Source of the DNA: Welwitschia mirabilis
Taxonomy: Eukaryota
Assembly: GCA_051453625.1 (NCBI GenBank)
Contig: JBOZIK010000001.1
Location: forward strand, 35,122,661-35,166,885
Direction: 5' to 3'
Length of the DNA: 44,225 nucleotides
The notes below the pieces were generated by a model. It was given only the letters and a program-made list of their open reading frames with translations. It searched no databases and had not been told where the DNA came from. Shown here piece after piece: positions 25,371-38,946 of the stretch; position 1 is the stretch's first letter, and each line of letters opens with the position of its first letter. Made by a program: the position numbers and the translations under genes.

Positions 25371-27940
25371 TTTCTTCTTCTTCATCCCTAAGCTTCCTTC
25401 ATTTCTAATCCACTATGTTTTAAGAAATACAAAAATGCAATCGAACTACATAGATATATATAGAGGAAGAGAGATACTAAGCACCAATTTTTGAGGATCA
25501 TGATGCCTTTTGTAGTTACCATTAGGATCCTTGATGTAGTGAATAAGGATTATGCTTTCTGATCCCTAGGTCATAAAATCAAGTCTTGGAGGTGATAAGA
25601 ATAGTTTTTCAAATTTTTTTCTAGCACTTTTTTGTATTATGTACACATGTAGAATTTTTAACCATTACTTAGCTTTTAACTCTATCAAGCACACATGCAA
25701 TTTTTCTAAGACATTCTTTAGCCATTGCCTAGTTTTGTGCACATGAACTTTAGCTAGAAAATGTTTATCTTTTAGCTTTATTTTATGCACATGCATAGCT
25801 GTACTTTCTTTTTTTTTTTGTATTTCAAGATTTTAAAGAAAATTTTTATGTTTTTTAGGATATTTTTTTAAATTTTTAAATGAAAAAATAACTTTTTATC
25901 ATTAAATTAAGTTGTGATGTTAAGCAAGATCCCTTCATTTGATTTCTTAAGATCTTTCAATTTTTAAAATTCTATTTTCACTCTAGTTGAGTTCTTTTTG
26001 AGATTTTTGACCTTTTTCTAAATATTATAGGCCAAATCTCTCTTATCAAATTAAGTTGAAATATAGAGCAAGGTCCCTAAACTTGATTTTTCCCCTTTCT
26101 ATTACACTATTTTGGAAATTTTAATAGATTAAGATAAGTTGAATGATAATAAAAATTTACTTAACTATATCATAATGAGTTCCTTTTATTGTACAGTCTT
26201 AACTATCATAATGATGAAGTTTGAGTATATGAAGAGTCATGTCTATCTTAAGTTAAAATGTTCTAGGCACCTTAAGGTCTAAATTCTTGCATACATCTTG
26301 GTAATCAAGAGTACATTAGATAAAGACCAAAGGGATGATGATAGGATCTACTTGGATTTCATCACCAATGAGGAAAAGTTTAATAAAGTTTAAAATTTAT
26401 TGATTTTAAGGTATAGGTAGGTTACTAACATTATATTATATTCTTCCTTAAGAAGGGTATATAGCTAAGATAATAGAAACTAGCTGATAACTTAAAAGCC
26501 ACTAACATGATTTACATTTTGTTCTTTTACTCCCTTTGGAAACAAGGTACCATCCTTGGAGAGGATGTGATCACTACCCTGATTTAAGAGTAGACTCTAA
26601 AATTAATCAAATTTCATCCTTTTCATTAATTAATAATTAATTTATATCTTTTACAATAAAATCTACCTTGATCACATTAAGAAATTTTAAATAAAGTATT
26701 TTTATTATTTCTTTTTTTATAAGCATAGGCTTTCACTAGTTTAAGGGTGTTTTTTCTTTGTTTTTACACTTTATAATTCAAATAGATCACTTATTTAGTA
26801 CATTTCCTTCCCTGTTATTGTGATTATACTTCTTTGTCATGAAATTTTTATTTCTTTTATTTCATTACATTATGATTTAGATAAATCACTTGACATTATG
26901 GATGAGAGAAAGATCCCTTTTCTTATAACTATATCATCCTTTTTCCTTTTTTTTATATATTGTTTTTGAGTTTCATGAGATTTCTTTATGTGATGAATAG
27001 ATTAATTTTAGTTAGAAATGTGTGAAAGACTTTTTTGACTCTTAACATTACCTCATAGCTTATCAACTCTCTTTTGGTACTTATTCATTTTTTATTATGA
27101 CACATTTGACATCATCTTCAAGGGGTAGGTTTTAGTGGTTTTTAGAGTCTTTGATACACAGTCTTACCACTAGAATCATAGCTAATATCAAAGTTACTCT
27201 TCAAGATCATTAGTTATGAGAGGTTTATAATAAGAATTTCATATCATCCATGTAAACGTATAGTTATAAGAAGGATTTTTTGACACATTATTATACACCT
27301 CCTTAAGATATAACTGAAGAACCTACTTGGCAAGATATTAATGAAAAATTAATAGAGATTATGTAAAAAACTATTACTTATTAACACAACAAGTTGGTTG
27401 ATTAGATCAAAACAAGCTATACTAATTTCTATACCTTAAGGGACCTATTCTACATTCAAAATAATTTGGAGCTTCTTAACCTTATAACTCACATGAATAT
27501 TTTGAATTATGATAAAGGAAAGATGAGATGATTAATTGTGTCGATGTAGGGCATTAAGGAAAACGTAGCAGAGACTAGTTCATAAAAACAAGTTTGCATA
27601 AATTATGTTAACTTGATCCATTGTTGTTTAGAAGAATCCTCTTTGCATATTTATATTATCTCATTACATGGCAGTAATCAACTAAATAATATGACTTTTG
27701 ATATGCTTAGTAAGAATATTATTTTTACTAAAGCTTAGTTTAACCTCATGGTATATTCTTTTTCTAATGCTACATGTAAAGTTTCTTATGCTCATGGCCC
27801 TCCTCATCAACATAAATAGTCTACTATTAAATGTCATCCACAAAAGAATCACATCGTGATAAGGGTAATGCTCCACAAAAATAGAAAAATAAGATTCCTA
27901 ATTAGACTTAATAAAATAAAAAGATAATTCAAAATATTAC

Positions 27941-29737
27941 TATTAGGTCTATGAATTATCTATTGATAACAAACCAAATTATGATGATAACTATTAATAT
28001 ATGTTTTTGTTTATCACAAGATTATAACTAATTATGGAGTATGCTTAGGAAATAAATGGAATAGGAAAAAAGATACAATTGGAAAATAACTTTTAATTTA
28101 CAAATAATAGATTTTAAGGGATGATCATACATGAATAAGAAAATTGTTAGTATAGCAAGCTAACCCACACTATATAATGTAGCAAGCTGATCCACACTGT
28201 AGTAAATCAATCTAGGTACCTAGGTTAATTTGATTTTCACAGTTGGTAATTCTAAATCAAGGGATTGATTAGCTATCAATTGAATATCAACCAACATGCA
28301 TTCATAATTAGTAATTGAAGAAATAAATTAAATGTTTTACTAGTTATTGAACTCTTATAATCATTGCACAAGATTTTGATATAAGAAAATCACTATTGCA
28401 CATCATTTCTTAGGCATTTTAAGTTGTAATGAACTTTCATATTCTAATCCACTTTCTTTTAATTCAATATTACACATCTTCTTTCTATTGTAATGCCATT
28501 ATGAATCTCCTAAGGTTGAGGCTACCTGATAAATTCTATTTATGTTGATGTGCGACTCTAAAGAATTATTGATTATAATAATGGAGGTACTAGAAAAACC
28601 TTGTTATTAGTGGAAAGCTATCGCAAAGCTCTATTGTATTACTATAGCCTTTTGGAATAAAAGAACAAACACAAGCTTGTTCATTACATACTTGCATTGA
28701 TTTATTTTTTCACTTTAATTTTTTTTTCTTACATTCTTAGTTTACAGGAAAAGTGTTTGTGAAAATTTGTTTTTGTTATAAAGTCTAGTTATTATGTTTA
28801 ATTTATTATCTCTAAGGAAACAAAATCCTAACAATTGAAATTAGAGTAGGTTACATTTACATTCTTTAGAGTTAAACTTCTTAATTTGTTCTTTCTTAGA
28901 TTTTAGGCCTTCCTACTATAATAATACCAATTATAAGATATGAAAAATTGAAATGCAAAGATTTATTAAATCTAAATTAAATGTTTGAACTACTATTAAA
29001 ATGGGTTTTCATCCTCCATCAAATCTAAGAATTGAATTTACAAAGGATGCAAAGGTCAAGATAACTCTTCATAGAAGGGCCTTATATGCCCTATATTGTG
29101 CCCTTAGTGATGGTGAAACATTTAGTATGTTTGAAGGCTTCTCTTATGCACATGATATTTGGCATTTCTTAAAGGTTAGCTTTGTTGAATCATATAAAAC
29201 TAATGAAGAAGAAGAAATCCTGTTAAGTAAGAAAAACTTAAAGGAGAAGGAAAGGGTAAAATTGATGATATCAAAGGCACATCATTAATCATTTATTAAA
29301 AAGATGAATATTTTAAAAGTGTAAAGGAAGATGAAGAAAAAAATGATAACTACATTAATCATGTATCATATAATCCTCCTGCATCAGATGATAAAGTATC
29401 TTTTTTTTAATTTTAGTTTATAATATTTATAACAAAATACTTTATTATTACTTCATTAAAAAAATGAATGATAAAAATGAAAGTTTACTAGAGTGGAATA
29501 TTTTTCCTTTATTCCTAAATGCAGTTATCTAAATATTAGTTAAATTGGTTTATTTATGTTATTTCTTGCATTACCTCATATAGACTTTCTTTTTTATACC
29601 CCCATAATTGTCCTTGGTCATAAAGGAGGAGAGAATAAATAGAGTTAAAAAGAATAGAATTGATTTCTTTGTGCTATCTTTTCTTGACTATAATGACTAA
29701 ATAAATATCTATTTAAATGAAAGTTTATATTAATGGA
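27941..29737 (+). mobile_element. Sirevirus-like Ty1/copia relic (5' LTR, PBS-Met, gag, PPT-like motif), internally deleted and interrupted by element D
   Basis: LTR 27941-28833 has inverted ends TATTAGG...CCTAACA; PBS TGAAATTAGAGT (28836-28847; cf. TGGTATCAGAGC); copia gag follows; AAAGGAGGAGAG at ~29622 resembles Sirevirus AAAGGGGGAG tracts. Confidence 0.8.
28905..29288 (+). pseudogene. gag: Degenerate copia/SIRE gag N-terminus
   Basis: RPSYYNNTNYKI*KIEMQRFIKSKLNV*TTIKMG is in frame with ORF 29001-29288 (RALYALYCALSDGETFSMFEGFSYAHDIWHFLKVSF); cf. RPPxFDGTNYxxWK and KAMxALxCAL...AKEIWxxL. Confidence 0.9.
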
Positions 29738-32490
29738 TTTTGTAGTGTGAATTTGTGCAATGTTAAAGTCTTTAAGTAGATCCTATAAATCACAACTACT
29801 TATCGAAGATACAAACTAGTATGGACATGAGTTAATTTGAATGTCATAATTCATTGAAGACATTAGGCTAGAACTTAGAGAATTAATTTCAAGAAAGTAT
29901 TTTTAGTCCTTTTCATTTTAGTAGAAGAAAATTAAAAATAATGCAAATGTAATGTAAGATGAATGATGATGAAATGCAAATGGATGACATGTAAGTGTAA
30001 TGAATCTATTTGATTAATAATCATTATATTACAAAGAGTAGTCCTTATAATTTAGATCAATTAGGGAGAGCTATCACTTATTCCTAATCAACATAAGCTA
30101 TAAAACACATCAAATAGAACATGAATAAATGTAAATATGGAAATGAAATAAAATAAAATATAAGATCTAAGTTAATAATATCAAACTTAATAAAGGTTGC
30201 CCTTATGATCTATATAAACTATGAAACAATCATAGAATAATAATCAACTTAAATCATAAGGAAGGTTCACACAATAGAAGTGAAAAGAGTTTTTATAGTA
30301 ATCACGAATTAACATCCACTTATAAAAAACTTAGAAGTACCTCAATGAAGGATACTCAACCCAACACCAAGAAAGACTTTTCTTTGTAGCTATGAATGGA
30401 TCTTCTATCCTTTAATATCCTTTCATAAGAATATCTAGTATAAAAGATGAAATTAGGAGTAAAGGCAAGTGGAGTATTTATAGTTTTCTAGAAGAAAAAT
30501 CCTAGAAGCTAGAGAAGAAATCCTAGTAACCCTCATGAGACATGCGACCCCATTATAAAAATAATTCATTTTCATCATACAAAATATTTTTCATCCTAAC
30601 TATCATTGAAACAATGCTGGTGACAATATCTTATAAAATAAGATAACTCATTATCTTCTAGTCCCATAGTCAGCCTTGTAGTTTTAGTCCAAGTAAGCAT
30701 CTATATTATTCTTGATATTATTTGAATGGCCTAAGGAATGACAATCTTCTTAAAACTTTTAGCTAAGATAAATCAGCCTTTTACATCATTATATTCTCAT
30801 CAAACTGCTAAGTTTCAAATTCTCATCACCTTGATTCTTCATAATCATCTGAATTTTATCTAAACCTATTTAAATATCTTAGAAAATTACTTAAAATACC
30901 CCATCAAATACATATAATTTAGCATCAGAATATAGCCTCCAACTTAGCCTTATTAGTCTGTGATAAAGTAAGTGATTAACTATACTTGTGAGTCAAATTG
31001 GCTAAGATAAACAGTAACTAGGGAAATGTAAATTAAATTTAGAAATCTATATCATGCAGACTTAAATATAAAAAAATGATGAATTTATGTATTACCTCTA
31101 TAAGATGTGTTAAACTATCATCGTCCTGATTCTTCTCTAGATGATTGTATGCTTAAAAAGTCATAATGAAAGTTAAGTGCTTATGAACATGATTAAAGAA
31201 AAAGAATATTAAATCATTGTTAGCCCTCTACTTAAAACATTTAACCAATCATAAGATTTTTAAAATAAATTAAATATCATACACAAAATCATCATAAAAT
31301 GTATAAAATGTAACCATGATAATTTAGAAAAATGATGATGTGTAAATGTAATTAAAGCAATGATAACTCAAAAGGATGTGTATAAATTAATCATTAAGTT
31401 TAAAGAATAATCTGTAAGAAATGAATACAAAAAATAATCAAAACATTACTCTCCTTATCCATAACTTTTTGAAGTGCCTGGATTACACCTACAAGAAAGT
31501 CTTATAAGCATGTTATTTCATCCTACTAAACAATGTCTATGATGTAAATTATAGAAGAAATTTGAAAGCATAAACCAATTATTACATCACAAATATGTAC
31601 TATGAAGGCTAAAAAATGATCATTAAAATTAAAAATTTTGCTTAATATTGTAGAAATAACTTAGAAATATTTCTTTTTCCTCACTTGATGAATCAATACG
31701 TCTTATATGCAATAATGTAAGAAAAACTACTATTGTTCCCCCTATCATCCAAATGTCAAATTTGGCACAAAGCTTAGAAAAGGAAATTTTGGGAAGACAA
31801 TAAGTTCTAGGAAGGATTGTATAATTAAGGGTAATAATAGTAAAGCCTCAAAAAATCATCAAAAGATTAAAAAGATGGACAAAAGTGAAGAAACATCCTA
31901 AAAAATGATCATGGAAAAGGGGTCAAATGTGGAAGGGACTCAAAGATAAAAGGATAGGACCATTATAATGCATCAAGTAGAAATAAAAAATGCTCAAAAA
32001 AAATATTAAATATGTTAAAAAGCAATAAACATATAAAAGTGAAAAGCCAAAACTCAAAAATAAATAAAAATAGAAAGTATCATTATCATCTATCAAAAAG
32101 TGCTAAAAGAAGAATAAACCTCATGGATAAAAACCTCAAGTAAAATAAAAAAGATAAGAAAAAAGTATTAAATGATCAAGTCCAAAATATTATGCTAAAA
32201 AAGTATGGAAATAACTTTGAGAAACCTAACAAAACAACTAAGGAAAGCTAAATGAAAATGTACAACTAGGAACATGAAGAATATTGTTTACCTATCCTAA
32301 ATTCTAACCTAACAAAATGCTTGATAAAAATCATAAAATCATCTAATTAATAATGCATAATGTTATATAAAAACTCATAAAGTACCAATTTAATAGGAAA
32401 TGATTATGACAATGATAAGAACATCTAAATATTTATAATTAATGAATGATAAGATTAAAAGCTACTCAAGAATGGACTTACCTACCTCCA
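29738..32490 (-). mobile_element. 3' end of a family-1 Athila-type element (element D): 3' UTR, PPT, complete 3' LTR 30932->29738
   Basis: Reverse complement reads AAGGCTAAGTTGGAGGCTA-TATTCTGATGCTAAATTATATG...CACACTACAAAA; 30933-32490 is colinear with 19350-21023 and 13000-13390. Confidence 0.88.
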
Positions 32491-32645
32491 CATGTCACTA
32501 TAACATGTTATTTTATACTTCCACTAGGTTTCATTGAGTTTTAAATTTTATTTTTCATGAAAATATCACTTTCCCCATAAGTGTAATTTATTAACTTCTC
32601 AAAAGAATGAAAGAACATGAATTTAAATGACTTTATCTTAACCAC

Positions 32646-35600
32646 TATCAATATGTAAAAATTAACATTAATATTAATTGTTTTAAGCTAATTTATTATA
32701 AATTAAAACATTAATTTAATTATTTCAATCATATAATATGTCTTCTATTATTTTTTAAATAAACATAATTTTACACTTTTCTTCATAATAGTTACAAATC
32801 TTTATCAATGTTTTAGAACTCCATGGTAAAAGATGCACATAATTCTAAATGAAACAATGGTGGTAAGAGAGATGTAAGGTGGTGATACATAGTAGTAGCA
32901 TTGGAAGACATGTGATAGAGGTATGTAAATGTTGAATTAGAAACATATGATAATAGCATCAGTTAGTAGAGGAATATGACTCTAAATAATATACATTAGA
33001 TTCATTATGATGAAGATTTCACATAATGCTATATGACAATCTACATTAAATCCTACAAGACAACCTCAACCAAATGCTAAATGATAAGGATTTTACCTAG
33101 GTCTAGAGAATATAATATTATTTACCTAATGCTATAAGACAACCTTTACCAAATGCTATAGGATAGAATTTTATCTAACAAATGATAAATGATGAAGATT
33201 CTACCTAATGCTATAACCTAAACACTCTGGATCACTTCAACCTACTCTTACCTATAGAAGGACATTGAGTTGTTTTTTTTAAGCATTCGTTTTTTAGAAA
33301 ATGATAAAATTCCTAATAAAATTCCTAGAGTATCAAGTTAACATGAACTTCTAAGCTTTTTTATATGGACACTGAGCTTGTTACAAGGATATCTTGGGGA
33401 GTCTCATATAGCTTTCTTCTTTATTTGGCTATGTAATATATATTTTTTTAATTAATATAAAGTAGATATGATTTTGATTTTAAGTCATAAATAAATTCAT
33501 AATTTTAATGCTTAGTGATTTTTCTCTATCAAGGGTTTTAATCAATTTAGTAAATCTATTAGTTAGTTAGTTTAAGTATTTTTAATTTGATGGATCTTAA
33601 GTACAATGAGTCCTTTATTTGCATGATTATTTTAAGGATATGAAGAATGAATTAACTTTCAAATTCATCTATCCTCATAGGATAAATTAAATTATGTCAA
33701 CATGGATAGAGGTATTATTACTTAATAGTTTAACTTGTATTTTAGAAAGTTTCAAGAATTATCAGAGTAAGGAAGTGCTAGTAAATAAATTAAATGAATC
33801 CTTAGAGCTTGCTTGTATTTCTAATTTTATAATCAAAGTTGTAATAAATTCTTAACTCCCTTCTTTTTCCCTTTCTTTTGTAACTTATACGATAAGTATA
33901 ATTTCTATTTAGCCAATCTCAATTATCCATTTTAAAGAATGATACTAAGTCTTAACTTAGATTTAAATATAGATGATATAATAAAATGAATAATAAATTT
34001 TATTTTCATTATTAGGGATAATAACATAGATGATCATAAAGAGTATAAACTTTACTTTGTTATAAGATTTTTTATTTTTTATTTTTAAGTGGTGGGTAAT
34101 GCTCTACTCTAGTGATACTTGAACTAGTCCTCTTTCTTTTTCTTTTATCTATTATTTAATTTTTTCCCTCTAGTTATTGGTACTAGTCCATCTAGTTATA
34201 CCCAAAATAGTTCATATTTATGTTTTTATTTTATTTTTATTTTTATTTTTTGCTCTAACTTGCTTTGGTTATAGGTTTAACAGTGTTTTTACACATTGTA
34301 ACAAATGAATGAAAAAAAATAAAAATTTAACTTAATTTATGTTCTTTTTTTTATTTGTTGTGTTTTTATAATTAGGTTTTAATTTTCTATTTTATTCATT
34401 TCTCTCAAATTACTATTATAAATATTAAAACACTCAAAAAGGTTTTTATGATTTAATTTTCATTAAGACTGGTTTTATGTGCATAGCCTTTTTAATTTTC
34501 TATTATATTTTTCCATAATCATGTAAATTTAATTGATTTATGAGAGTTTTACAAATCTCTATGTTTTCTTAAAACTAAAATTCACAACTAAATCAAAACC
34601 ATCTCCTTTCTAGACTGGCATTGCTAGTTCTTTTTTCTTATAACTCTGTTAGATTTGGTAGAAAACCTTATCTGACTCCTACAAATCCTTTTTAATATCA
34701 AGCCTTCTTTGGATCCTTAAAAAGTCATGAAAATGTAATCTTTTAGTAAACTTTACTTACCATTTTATAAAACTTGATGTGGATTGGAAACATGATCCTT
34801 TTAGGACACTATATAAAGTACATTTTGAACCCCAGTTTGTCTATGAAAATAATGGAAATCCCTATGACTAAAATAATATCATTCAAACTATGACAACTTT
34901 AGGGGATTATCTTTAATGTAATTATAATGAATCTTATCCTTCATCCTTTCTTCCATACTTATTTGATCAATGACCTCCACATATATATCAACTTCCTTAT
35001 CTTAAATTTGAAAAGTATTATTTTCAATAAGAATAGTTTGATCTTATTCTTTCCACTATCTCTTATAAACCTTATCACTTATTATTTAGCACCTATCCTT
35101 TATCTTCTTACATGTAATACTAATCTTCATCCACATCATTTGAGAAGTCAATAAGAAAATTCATTGTATACTCAAGCATAAATTAATAATAACCATAAAA
35201 GAACTTTGAAATAACACTTCTATTTCCTAAATAACCTTGAGTAAATTTTCTAAACCCGTATCCAGCTTATTCAACAAATAACCCAAAGTAGTTCTTAAAT
35301 CATTGTTATTCTCAAAAAATAAAAGGAATGCTTCCTTGTAGTTCCTAAATATAAAACTTTTGAATACCTTGAGAGGATTAAGAAGAGTTAAACCTATGAT
35401 ACTAAACCATATCCTTTAAGAATGAAGGGAAAAAGTAATGAGGAAATCCATAAGAATATTGAATTTAAGAATGCACTAAAAAATTATTAATTATTTATGA
35501 TAAGGTGATACTTTGGAGAAGCATTAAACATTAAGAAACCATTTGAGAAAGGATATATCTTAGAGAGTTACACTATAAAGGATGAGTTATTAAGAGACAT

Positions 35601-38406
35601 TAACAAATAGAGCATTGAATTACCACCATTGTCACTTAAGAAATCACATGAGAAGGAATTATCTAGTAATGTTAATTAGGAAAAATACGTTAATAAAGAG
35701 CTTATATGTGATCCATTCTTTAAGAAATCCTCATCTTCTTAACAACTCCATAGACCACTCATTATATCTTTACATTTATTTACTAAGAAATACCCAAGGT
35801 ATAATGAAAGAGAAAAACCTTCTTTAAAATTGGAACCAACTTTCAAAGATCTTATACATGACTCCTCTAATGAATAGCGACCTTTTCAAGTGATTTCCCA
35901 ATCATATTTTTCTTCTTCTCAAAATAATGTCTTGCAAGAGTTGTTGAATAAATATAAATAGCTAAGGGATGAAATATTTTTATTTTAAATATATAAACCT
36001 TTCTAATTGCATTAATTTTCTTCTTAATTTCATAAACTCTTGTATAAAAATATATATGAATTTTATCTTGGTTCAAAATGCTGCACAAAGTTTTAAATCA
36101 TTCAACCTTTCCTTTAACACTCTTAACCTTTATACATGTACCATATTAGAGAATTTTTAGTTCCATTTTATTCTTTTAGATTAAATTTTTCTTTTAGAAT
36201 AGATTTTTCTCTTAGAATATATATAGTTTGAGAAAAAAATAAAATCATTAAAAACATTTATGCTTAATGGTATATCTTACTCAAAACATCTCAAGTACTA
36301 CCACCTATACAATCATTGCCTTAAATCCTTTCACTTAGCAAATCCTAATTTTCATCCTCTTAAGCCTCTCCATTGATCTCTCTTATTTTCCAATAACTTC
36401 ACTAAGCCAATACATCATTTACTATATCCATTCATCTATGAATTCATAAGACTTATAGATTTAAATTAACGGATTTTATCAAAAAATTAGTAATAAGTTA
36501 TCTCATTATCACTTAAGTAACTATTATAATTAAGTTTACTTATGGGATTTTAAGGAAGAGTTACACTTACTTTGAATCTAACTATTAAAGGCAAAATTGT
36601 TTTACATCTTTAATTTCAATAAAAAATGGCTGAAAAAGGTGGAATATACCTTCATATTTTATTCCTTATGTTTAAAGCTTTTGATAGAAACAAGATGTTT
36701 CTTAATTAGTCTAATGAGCCATGACCTCTCTAAATGTGCATAACAAATGAATATAAGAAGATGAACAAAATAAGAATAATATCTCTTCTCCAAATGCACA
36801 TCTCACTAATCACTTAGTTGGGTTTTGTTAACTTTATTATGGCTATGGACACTCATTAGAAATTTAGCTCTAATGATCTAATTATGACATAATCAACTAC
36901 ATTGAGTGATAAATACTAAACATACTTAATACTATTGGGATGCTCAATGTGAATTATTTATGTTAAAATAAAAGGAAAATAAAGGAAATAAAAGGGTAAA
37001 AATTAAAGGCCTTTTGATATTTATTGTTTTTTTAACTTTCATACTTGAGATTCTCTACAATTTCATATACCATGCTTAGTTGATATTAATATTAACTTAA
37101 AAAAATACAAAAATGTAATAAAAGCCATTAACTTAAGTAAGTTTGTTCATTTATTTATTGATTTTATGATTAAGTTCTTTGATATATTTTTCATTCTTCA
37201 TCTCCATAATCCACTCTTATTTCATAAGAAATAAATTATGAGGCATAAATTGCTTTTTAGGATGCATATTTTTACTTAGAATTTTTCAAATAAGTTAATT
37301 GTATTTTTTGCATTAGTATTTTCGTTTCATAGCTTAGTTGCATTACTTTGCATTATTTTAATAAAAGGACTTACAAAATCTTTGTAAGAATTATGTTCTC
37401 AAAATCTATAATTCTTTCTATTAATAAACTATAAAGACAAAGTTGAGTTTTGATTAAAGGGTATAGCACCTAGTTTTTACATCTTTATTCATAGAATTTA
37501 TTAAATTCAATGTTTTAACTTTAAAAATTGGTCATAAATTTTTTTAAAAAGATATATCATTTATCATATTTAAGTGTTCTTTCCTAGATAAATTTTTCAT
37601 ATTAATCATTTTTTTATTAATGTTTTACTAAGATTATTAAAAAAGTTAAGTTATTAGGTGTGGTAACATATAAAAATTGACATTTATATCAAATGATTTT
37701 GGTTTATGTATTATAAATAAAGACATTAATTTAATTGTTTAAATAATACAAAATAAAACTTAAATTAACACTTTTATCCCTAATAATTGCAAATCTTTAG
37801 CCATGTTTTAGAAAACATGATAGAGAATGGACACACATTTGCATAAAATAATAGTGGCAATTAAGACATAATGTAATGAAATGTAGCAATAGCATTAGAA
37901 GACATGTAGAAGAGGCATGTGGAGTTGGTATTAGATACACATGGAAATAGCATTAGTTGGTAGGGGAATATAGCTCCAAAGTTCACATTTTAGACTCATT
38001 ATAATGAATATTTCATCTAATGCTATATGATGATTCCCAAGAAATACTATAAGAAAATATCCATCAAATGCTAAATGATAAAGATTATACCTAATGCTAA
38101 AGGATAGAATCTTTTTTATGCAATACTATAAGATAATATCCATCAAATGCTATGAGATAGGATATTATCTAAAAAATAATAAATGACCAAGATTCTATCT
38201 AACTTTATAAGCCAAAAGATTCCAATTCCCTCAATCCTACCCTCACTTATAAAAGTACCTTAATTCCTCATTTATAAACATCTTTTATTTTGAAAAGCAA
38301 TAGGATTCTTAGAGTACCAAGTCAACATCACCTTCGAAGCTTTTTTTATGGGTAGTAAGTTTATTCTAAGGATAGCTTAAGGAGTTTCATTTAGCTTCCT
38401 TCTTCT
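32646..38406 (+). mobile_element. Second Athila-like, non-autonomous LTR element (element C, family 2)
   Basis: 5' LTR 32646-33995; PBS-like TATTTTCATTATTAGGGAT (34001-34019); degenerate ORF ~34700-36100; PPT-like AAGTTAAGTTATTAGGTG ending 37660; 3' LTR from 37661, colinear with 32646 onward. Confidence 0.75.
33020..33220 (+). repeat. Internal ~25-bp tandem repeats in the family-2 LTR (second copy at 38015-38200)
   Basis: Recurring AATGCTA(T/A)A.GA.AA..T..ACCT units in both LTRs. Confidence 0.75.
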
Positions 38407-38506
38407 NNNNNNNNNNNNNNNNNNNNNNNNNNNNNNNNNNNNNNNNNNNNNNNNNNNNNNNNNNNNNNNNNNNNNNNNNNNNNNNNNNNNNNNNNNNNNN
38501 NNNNNN

Positions 38507-38854
38507 TTCATTTCCTAGATTAACTTTGCATTATTTTTATATTCTGTTCAACATACTTGATAGCTTAGATTAGTCTTCATCTAGTGATGGCTTTTCTTAA
38601 TTAATCTAGATTATACAAGACCGATCTATATAATAGGTTGTTTTAGTAATTAAATAGAAGTTGTAATTAGAGTAGAGCTTGTATCTCATTTGCGTAGTAT
38701 GTTTATTTGCATTGTTATTTTGCGTTCTTATTATTCTACTTTAAGGTTACACAAGTATTTCATTTTGAAATTAATTCTCTTTCTTCTTGTCTATGACTTC
38801 AATGGGATTATGAAATTTGAGTTGTTCCCATATATATTAGTATGTTATTTTGTG

Positions 38855-38892
<38 letters not shown>

Positions 38893-38946
38893 TGATTTTC
38901 AAGATTTGTTTAAAGACATAAAATTTAACAAATATGCACCATAATA
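38507..38946 (+). repeat. Terminal part of the element B 3' LTR
   Basis: Overlaps 21868-21925 exactly; colinear with 14520-14887; ends GCACCATAATA followed by TSD CTTAG. Confidence 0.9.
38857..38887. repeat. (AT)n microsatellite, ~15 units
   Basis: Direct inspection; lies inside the element B 3' LTR. Confidence 0.95.
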
